Source: an uncultured beta proteobacterium
Lineage (GTDB): Bacteria > Pseudomonadota > Gammaproteobacteria > Burkholderiales > Burkholderiaceae_C
Assembly: GCA_903945325.1 (NCBI GenBank)
Contig: CAJAVE010000223.1
Coordinates: 6,377-38,376, forward strand
Length of the DNA: 32,000 bases
Reading direction: 5' to 3'
The notes below the pieces were generated by a model. It worked only from the letters and a program-made list of their open reading frames with translations. It ran no database searches and was not told the origin of the DNA. Below are positions 26,747 through 32,000 of the stretch, one piece after another (positions within the stretch are counted from its first letter, which is position 1; each line of letters begins with the position of its first letter). Both the position numbers and the translations under genes were made by a program.

Positions 26747-26819
26747 GAAGACAACACAAGGCAACACAAACACAGAACAACGAAGACAAACAACACGACA
26801 ACAAAGACAGACGAAACCA
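26747..26819 (+). repeat. 73-nt thymine-free A/C-rich tract with an imperfect ~35-nt internal repeat
   Basis: There is no T between 26747 and 26819. GAAGACAA occurs at 26747 and 26782, with runs of AAC/ACA triplets. Confidence 0.8.
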
Positions 26820-26889
26820 TCGGTGTAATCATCGACAAATTGAAGACAGGCGCTAGAGTTGAACTGTGGACAACAAACAGGAGAAACGA

Positions 26890-27357
26890 ATGTCACAGTT
26901 ACTGCAAACACTGAAGCTTACATCGGCCCGCAAACAACGCGCACTACCCGAAGTAGTCAAGCGAAGAAACAAGATGCTGAAGAAGTTGACGGAACAGCGG
27001 GAGTTGGCGCTGGCGATAGCGGAGGGACGACTGTACGTACCAAAGCGTTTGCGCACCGTAGTTGACGGCGACACAGGACAAAAGACTGTGCGCGAAATGC
27101 CAGTTCGCATTAAAGCGTGGTGGTGGACTGGAGAGAAAGGCGAAACATTGCTGTCGCTTTTTTACGGAAGTAAAACATTAGAGTTGAGCAAGGGAAAGAC
27201 CGCCGTGGAGATTGCAAGCTTGATGGAACTTCCGAATGTGTTGGAGGTTGTCATCAACGCAGTGCAGAACAGCGAACTGGATGCACAGATTGAAGCGGCC
27301 AGTGTGAAACTGCGCGAAGGCTTCAAAGCGGGCAAGACAGTCAAGGCTGCGAAGTAG
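26890..27357 (+). CDS. Conserved-looking hypothetical protein (island cargo)
   Basis: AGGAG (26879-26883) lies 6 nt before ATG 26890. 155 aa: MSQLLQTLKLTSARKQRALPEVVKRRNKML...WWWTGEKGE...LSKGKTAVE... I recall similar proteins in genomic islands but cannot name the family with confidence. Confidence 0.65.
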   Translation: MSQLLQTLKLTSARKQRALPEVVKRRNKMLKKLTEQRELALAIAEGRLYVPKRLRTVVDGDTGQKTVREMPVRIKAWWWTGEKGETLLSLFYGSKTLELSKGKTAVEIASLMELPNVLEVVINAVQNSELDAQIEAASVKLREGFKAGKTVKAAK

Positions 27358-28789
27358 TTCGCGCTCCATTGTTGCGTCTGCTTTGCAGCAATCCAATGTT
27401 CTGTTCACCAGTCACTGTGCTTGCATAGTGATTGTTGATTACGTCAACGCTGGTGCGTGCATTGCGCGCCAGCGTTAGCAAGTCAATTCCCTGCCCGTAC
27501 AGCAAGCGGAATGTGATGGAGGAATGACGCAGACTGTACAGCGTGCGCGGTTGTCCATTGACGCCGTGCTTTAGTCCCGTGTCAGCCAACACCCAGTTAA
27601 AGTGCAAACTTAGTACGCTGTTGGCGTAACTCCTGTCGCGCAGATGTGGCAGGAACAAGTAATCATCGGGACTTGCGAGGCCAAGTTCAGCGTAATGTTT
27701 GCTGATTTGCTCGTAAATGCGCACTGCTGGTTGCAGTGTAACAATGGGTTTGTCGTGTTTCTTGGTTTCAGGAAGCGTCAATCGCAAATAGGTGTTCTGT
27801 CCGCGCAGCACTTCGACGTGTTTGTGTTTCAATGTCCACAAATCGCTGGGTCGTATGAAACTGTTAACCATAAACACAATAGCCCACGCAACATCAGGCG
27901 GCATGCGCTGGTCTGCATGGCGCAGTTTGTATGTCTTGCGTAGAGTGCTGCGACATTCTGGGTGCCGTACATTGCGCAATCTGCGTGCAGCGCGTGCAAT
28001 CATCCAATACTCTGTTGGCGTAAATGCACCGCGCGAGTTTGTAGTGATCTTGATCTTGGGAAACTGTGGCAGTTTGTCGAGTACACCAATCGCAATCGCG
28101 TGCTTGAGTACTTTGCGCACGATAAGCAGGTACTGACTGACAGTGATTGTGCTTAATGACGCACTCAGAAACTGCGTAAAGTCCAGCAACGCTTGGTAAT
28201 CAATGTCTGCTGGCGCAACTTTGGTCCAGCGTGTCAGTATGTGCGCATCCAAACGGTTGCGCATCACTTGCACACTCTCAATCGTAATCTCGCCGCGCTC
28301 CTGTCTGCACTGTTCATTTGCAAACATCTGCGCAGCCAGTGCGCCGAACGTGTGTTTGGGTTTGACTGGTGCAGATGAACGAATGACAGGTGACTGACTG
28401 ACGAGATTGTTGTGCAAATCGTCAGCATCATTGCTGCCAATGTAGTGTTTGGCAAGCAACAGTTCATAAAACTGGCGTGCAAAACTTTGTGCAACGCGCA
28501 GACTTTGGGTTTGTGTACTGCGTCTATGTGTGCTGCCTGCAATCCAGCAGCGTACTTGCCAAAACTTGCTGGCAGCAATCCTGAACACCGCCAGTTTATT
28601 GGGGTAGCCAGGTATTGCAGTAATGGTTGACGGTATTGGAACGGTGCGGCAGCGTTGTTTCGTGCGCATGACTGCATCGTTCGCTGCGTGAATTTGGTTA
28701 TCGGGAAATTGGTAGAGCATTGCTCCAGCATAGTGTTGCATACCGAAAAATGCGATCACTGCATACAGAACAACTGGTGACTGACTCAC
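27341..28789 (-). CDS. Tyrosine-type site-specific integrase (phage integrase family)
   Basis: N-terminal ...KLAVFRIAASKFWQVRCWIAGSTHRRSTQTQSLRVAQSFARQFYE (arm-type/SAM-like region), box II ...LYSLRHSSITF and the C-terminal ...ARNARTSVDVINNHYAS. The start is ambiguous (GTG 28789; ATG 28741, 28720 or 28669). Confidence 0.9.
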   Translation of the reverse strand: MSQSPVVLYAVIAFFGMQHYAGAMLYQFPDNQIHAANDAVMRTKQRCRTVPIPSTITAIPGYPNKLAVFRIAASKFWQVRCWIAGSTHRRSTQTQSLRVAQSFARQFYELLLAKHYIGSNDADDLHNNLVSQSPVIRSSAPVKPKHTFGALAAQMFANEQCRQERGEITIESVQVMRNRLDAHILTRWTKVAPADIDYQALLDFTQFLSASLSTITVSQYLLIVRKVLKHAIAIGVLDKLPQFPKIKITTNSRGAFTPTEYWMIARAARRLRNVRHPECRSTLRKTYKLRHADQRMPPDVAWAIVFMVNSFIRPSDLWTLKHKHVEVLRGQNTYLRLTLPETKKHDKPIVTLQPAVRIYEQISKHYAELGLASPDDYLFLPHLRDRSYANSVLSLHFNWVLADTGLKHGVNGQPRTLYSLRHSSITFRLLYGQGIDLLTLARNARTSVDVINNHYASTVTGEQNIGLLQSRRNNGARTTSQP

Positions 28790-28979
28790 TCAATGTCGCC
28801 GCAGTCGCAGCACGGTCTGCCAGTGTTTGCCAGCGTGCGAAATTGACGAATTCAAGCGTTGCACGCTGCGCTGAGTTGCACACTGCACACCGTACAACTC
28901 TGTGCACCAAAACATTGGCGTGCAATTGGCGTGATCATCAAGATTTGGTGGTGGTGTGTATTGAAACGAATTCACATTC

Positions 28980-29059
28980 GCTTTGGCTGTATTGGCCGCA
29001 TCTACCGCCTCGATGGCACAAGTTACTTTGTACGGCGTTGCTGACGTGTCCGTTGGCGC
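28980..29059 (+). repeat. Right copy of the 80-bp direct repeat (candidate attR core)
   Basis: 78/80 identical to 22789-22868. It is preceded by island DNA with an in-frame TGA at 28962-28964. Confidence 0.85.
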
Positions 29060-29948
29060 GATCAATCAAACTACTGGTCTTGGCTTGGCGAACGACAAGT
29101 TCCAAGCAATCGCTTCCAATGTTCTGAACAACGGAAATTCCCGCTTCGGCATGAAGGGCGTTGAAGATCTGGGCGGCGGCATGAAAGTTGGCTTCAACTA
29201 CGAAGGCGGTATCAACATCGCTACTGGCGCTGGCAACACCAGCGGCGGCACACTGTTCGCTCGCGCTGCCAATGTGTACCTTGAAGGCGGTTTTGGTCGC
29301 TTGACAGCTGGTCGTCAATTGACAACTTCCTTCTTCAGCGTTGCTTCATGGGAATTGACTGGTACAGCTAACTACTCTGTGGTTGCTAACCAGTTTGGTT
29401 TCAATGGTGGCGCTGGTCCTCGTGATCACGCTGCTGTCAAGTACGACATCGCTGCGAGCGGTTTCAATGGTTCCTTGATGTTCATCCCTGAAGGTGATGC
29501 AGTCTACGGTACACCTGCGAATCCTAAGGGCAAGTACGACGTGTCTGTTGGCTACGGTGCTGGTCCTCTGGTTGCTTCTTTGGCCTACAACAAGGTTGAT
29601 GCTGGCAATGAAGGTACCATTGTGGGTGGTTCTTACAACTTCGGCGCTGTCAAGGTTGCTGCTAGCTGGACACAAGGTAAAACTGGCGCAGGCGCCACGA
29701 TCGCTGAAGGCTACACATTGGGCGCTTCGGTCCCAATGGGCGCGTTCACTTTCACAGTTGACATTGCAAACGACACCAAGTTTGAAGACACCGACTGGCT
29801 GTTGGAAGCCAAGTACGCTTTGTCCAAGCGCACTTTCGTGTACGGCGTAATTGTTCGTGACGGCGCAAGCAAAGGTCGCGTGACTGCTGGCAACCCGCTG
29901 AACAAAGAAGTTGACGGCTACGCTCTGGGCCTGCGCCACAACTTCTGA
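28983..29948 (+). CDS. Porin allele 2, 5'-displaced: lacks the native ATG, the Lys-Lys n-region, an SD and a promoter
   Basis: Roughly 85% aa identity to allele 1 by eye, with the same C-terminal GLRHNF. The only in-frame starts are TTG 28983 (no SD) and ATG 29013 (inside the signal peptide). It is probably silent in this configuration and could be annotated as a pseudogene. Confidence 0.7.
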   Translation: MAVLAASTASMAQVTLYGVADVSVGAINQTTGLGLANDKFQAIASNVLNNGNSRFGMKGVEDLGGGMKVGFNYEGGINIATGAGNTSGGTLFARAANVYLEGGFGRLTAGRQLTTSFFSVASWELTGTANYSVVANQFGFNGGAGPRDHAAVKYDIAASGFNGSLMFIPEGDAVYGTPANPKGKYDVSVGYGAGPLVASLAYNKVDAGNEGTIVGGSYNFGAVKVAASWTQGKTGAGATIAEGYTLGASVPMGAFTFTVDIANDTKFEDTDWLLEAKYALSKRTFVYGVIVRDGASKGRVTAGNPLNKEVDGYALGLRHNF

Positions 29949-29987
29949 TCTAACGCTGGCGAAAGCCAGTTGTTGATCTAAGATCAA

Positions 29988-30019
29988 AGCCCCGCTACGG
30001 CAACGTAGTGGGGCTTTTT
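29988..30019 (+). terminator. Rho-independent terminator of porin allele 2
   Basis: agccccgctacg-gcaa-cgtagtggggct followed by a T5 run. It is homologous to the allele-1 terminator, with compensatory stem changes. Confidence 0.85.
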
Positions 30020-30038
30020 GCTGCCTGATTGGGTGGCG

Positions 30039-30887
30039 TTAGGCGTAGCGTTTGCTGCGCAAGTTGCCCTTCATATCGCTGAGCATTGGCTGTAACGTAT
30101 CACTGCCAATACGCAAGGCCATGCAGGTTGCCAGAATGTCGACGATCATCAGGTGCAGCAGGCGCGAAACCATTGGGCTGTATTTATCGAAGCTCTCCGG
30201 GTGGTCCGCGCTCAGGTGAATGTTTCCGGCGCTGGCCAGGGGCGAGCCACTGGCTGTGATGACGATCGTTGTTGCTCCGTTCTTGCGTGCGATGTCGCAG
30301 GCATCCATGAGATCCCGTGTGCGTCCTGAATTGCTGACAACGACGACGCAATCCCCTGGTCTCATCATCGAAGCAGCCATCACTTGCAGGTGGCCATCAC
30401 TGTAGGCGACCGTGTTGACGCCGAGCCTGAAGAACTTATGCTGCGCGTCTTGCGCCACTACGCCCGAGTTGCCCACGCCGAAGAACTGGATGCGATGCTT
30501 GCCTTCGTAGGCCACCATGAGTGCCGCCATGGCCTTGTCGATGGCAATGGTGCTGGCCTCATTGCGGTATTTCAGGAATGCCGCAACCGTGTTGTCGATA
30601 ACCTTCACCATCACGTCTGATGTTTTGTCGTCCCTGTCCACACTGCGGTGGATGAAGGGCACCCCTTCGTTGACCGTGCCGGCCAGCTTGCGTTTGAAGT
30701 CTGACAGGCCGTCATATCCAACACTTCGGCAAAATCGGACCACGGTGGGTTTGCTCACATGAGACCGGTCGGCCAGTATGCTCACCGGCAGCTTTGCAAA
30801 CGCACGTGGGTCGGCCAGGCACAACTTGCCCACCCGCTGTTCGGCAGGCGCCAGTGATGGCAGTGCGGCCTGTATGCGGTCTAGCAT
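30039..30887 (-). CDS. MurR/RpiR-family regulator (HexR-like; HTH_6 + SIS)
   Basis: N-terminal ...ILADRSHVSKPTVVRFCRSVGYDGLSDFK... and a SIS domain. It lies immediately downstream of zwf, as hexR does in many proteobacteria. Confidence 0.88.
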   Translation of the reverse strand: MLDRIQAALPSLAPAEQRVGKLCLADPRAFAKLPVSILADRSHVSKPTVVRFCRSVGYDGLSDFKRKLAGTVNEGVPFIHRSVDRDDKTSDVMVKVIDNTVAAFLKYRNEASTIAIDKAMAALMVAYEGKHRIQFFGVGNSGVVAQDAQHKFFRLGVNTVAYSDGHLQVMAASMMRPGDCVVVVSNSGRTRDLMDACDIARKNGATTIVITASGSPLASAGNIHLSADHPESFDKYSPMVSRLLHLMIVDILATCMALRIGSDTLQPMLSDMKGNLRSKRYA

Positions 30888-30903
30888 GGACTGCCGCAGC
30901 GCT

Positions 30904-30976
30904 GGGCCGCCCCAAGCAAGGCACGGCCCCCTTTGGGGGGCAGCGTAGTTCGCGAAGCGACAAGCGTGGGGGTCAT
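30904..30976 (+). repeat. 73-nt GC-rich intergenic repeat, copy B
   Basis: Same blocks and orientation as 4419-4490. It lies between the zwf stop and the hexR start. Confidence 0.8.
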
Positions 30977-30980
30977 ATTC

Positions 30981-32000
30981 CTAGCTTTCCTCCGACCAAC
31001 AGTGGCCGTCCCGTGCAATCATAGCGCTGGCTGCACTGGGTCCCCACGTGCCTGCCGCGTAGGGGCGAGGCCCCTGTGAATCGTTGGTCCAGTGATTGAT
31101 CATGGGCTCGACCCACCGCCAGGCTTCTTCCTGCTCGTCACTGCGCACAAACAGGTTCAGCCGGTCGTCGATGACGTCCAGCAACAGTCGCTCATAGGCG
31201 CCCACGCGCTCCGAGCCAAAGCGCTTGTCAAAGTCCAGATCCAACTGCACGGGCACCAGTGCCTGCGCCGCACCGGCCTTGCTTTGTCGGTTGTTCTGGC
31301 CTTGGGCGAGCAGGTGCAGTTCCAGTCCGTCCTTGGGCTGCAAGTTGATCACCAGGCGATTGGCTACGCCGATCTGGGAGTTAAAAATCGCGTGTGGCGT
31401 AGGTCGAAAATTGACCACGATATGGGCGTCACGTCCTGCCAGGCGCTTGCCGGTGCGGATGTAGAAGGGCACGCCAGCCCAACGCCAATTGGCAATCTCC
31501 GTGCGCAAGGCCACAAAAGTTTCCGTGTTGCTTTGTGGGTCTACGCCCATTTCTTCACGGTAGCCAGGCACTTTTGCACCGTCAATGCTGCCACTGGCGT
31601 ATTGGCCGCGGATGACATCCTGCGACAAAGACTCTTGCGTCCAGGGTTTGAGTGAGCGAAGCACCTTGAGCTTTTCGTCTCGGATGGCGTCGGCGTGCGA
31701 ATTAATAGGCGGCTCCATACCGATGGCGCACAGCAGTTGCAGTGCGTGGTTTTGTACCATGTCGCGCAGAGCGCCAGTTGTTTCATAAAAAGCGCCGCGT
31801 TTTTCGACACCCAGATCCTCGGAAATCGTAATCTGGATATTGGCGATGTGCTCGCGCCGCCACAGTGGCTCGAACAGAGCGTTGCCAAAGCGCAGTGCAA
31901 ACAGGTTTTGCACCGCGGGCTTGCCCAGGTAATGGTCGATGCGAAAGACCTGTTCTTCCTCGAAGAACTGGCGCACTGTGCGGTTGATGGCCCGGTTGGA
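30981..32000 (-). CDS. zwf: Glucose-6-phosphate dehydrogenase, C-terminal ~340 codons (N-terminus beyond the right edge)
   Basis: The RIDHYLGK motif is present, and the frame stays open to nt 32000 (...NRAINRTVRQFFEEEQVF...). Confidence 0.93.
   Translation of the reverse strand, partial: SNRAINRTVRQFFEEEQVFRIDHYLGKPAVQNLFALRFGNALFEPLWRREHIANIQITISEDLGVEKRGAFYETTGALRDMVQNHALQLLCAIGMEPPINSHADAIRDEKLKVLRSLKPWTQESLSQDVIRGQYASGSIDGAKVPGYREEMGVDPQSNTETFVALRTEIANWRWAGVPFYIRTGKRLAGRDAHIVVNFRPTPHAIFNSQIGVANRLVINLQPKDGLELHLLAQGQNNRQSKAGAAQALVPVQLDLDFDKRFGSERVGAYERLLLDVIDDRLNLFVRSDEQEEAWRWVEPMINHWTNDSQGPRPYAAGTWGPSAASAMIARDGHCWSEES

Larger units (their letters stand above)
22789..29059. mobile_element. 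Candidate ~6.2-kb integrative element (repeat period 6191 bp) carrying a porin allele, two tyrosine recombinases and a Rep-like gene
   Basis: Bounded by the 80-bp direct repeats, with the integrase start about 190 bp from the right repeat. The interior 23.8-29.0 kb is visibly A+T-richer. The alternative minimal boundary is about 23824-28979 (island only, porins being host paralogues). Confidence 0.5.

Noticed and set aside
26602-26838. 78-aa minus-strand ORF with a very hydrophobic Val/Phe/Leu/Cys stretch, which could pass for a small membrane toxin or coat protein.
   Set aside because: The hydrophobic run is simply the complement of the T-free AC-rich tract. The ORF overlaps the Rep-like 3' end and has no SD. 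It is kept only as a remote alternative in the AC-tract finding.

Overview
High-GC chromosomal segment. Hand counts of single 60-nt lines give about 65% G+C in core genes. The proteins look betaproteobacterial (Comamonadaceae/Burkholderiales-like), but that taxon call is inference from remembered protein patterns, not a search. Most of the window is ordinary core DNA: slt' (partial), 5-formyl-THF cyclo-ligase, ppk2, a TIGR02594-type hydrolase pair, tfoX-lysR, glmU, a sensor-less histidine kinase, lrp/asnC, glmS, DUF1178, an SGNH hydrolase, hupE next to a [NiFe]-hydrogenase relic, dienelactone hydrolase, an outer-membrane barrel, a NitT/TauT-type ABC transporter, queC, a 5'-nucleotidase, ilvA, osmC, coq7, hexR/rpiR and zwf (partial). 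I saw no rRNA, tRNA or CRISPR array. The one clearly accessory stretch is about 23.8-29.0 kb. It is an A+T-richer block carrying a 482-aa tyrosine integrase, a FimB-sized 199-aa tyrosine recombinase, a protein with HUH rolling-circle Rep-like motifs, a C-terminally truncated H-NS-like protein and three orphan genes. This block sits between two roughly 85%-identical porin alleles. The alleles share an 80-bp, 78/80-identical direct repeat that starts exactly at codon 7, inside the signal-peptide codons. The left allele keeps the promoter, ATG and Lys-Lys n-region. The right allele has none of these and abuts the integrase arm. My main hypothesis is a ~6.2-kb integrative element that integrates into the 5' end of a porin gene and swaps which porin allele is expressed; excision would restore the other allele. 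Secondary observations are a 73-nt T-free AC-rich tract plus hairpin next to the Rep-like gene, a TGTTTGRTA motif in four copies around the small recombinase, a 72-nt intergenic repeat present twice in the window, a hydrogenase large-subunit relic, and an oddly oriented terminator in a 0.5-kb non-coding gap. All family names come from motifs read by eye; no database search was possible.
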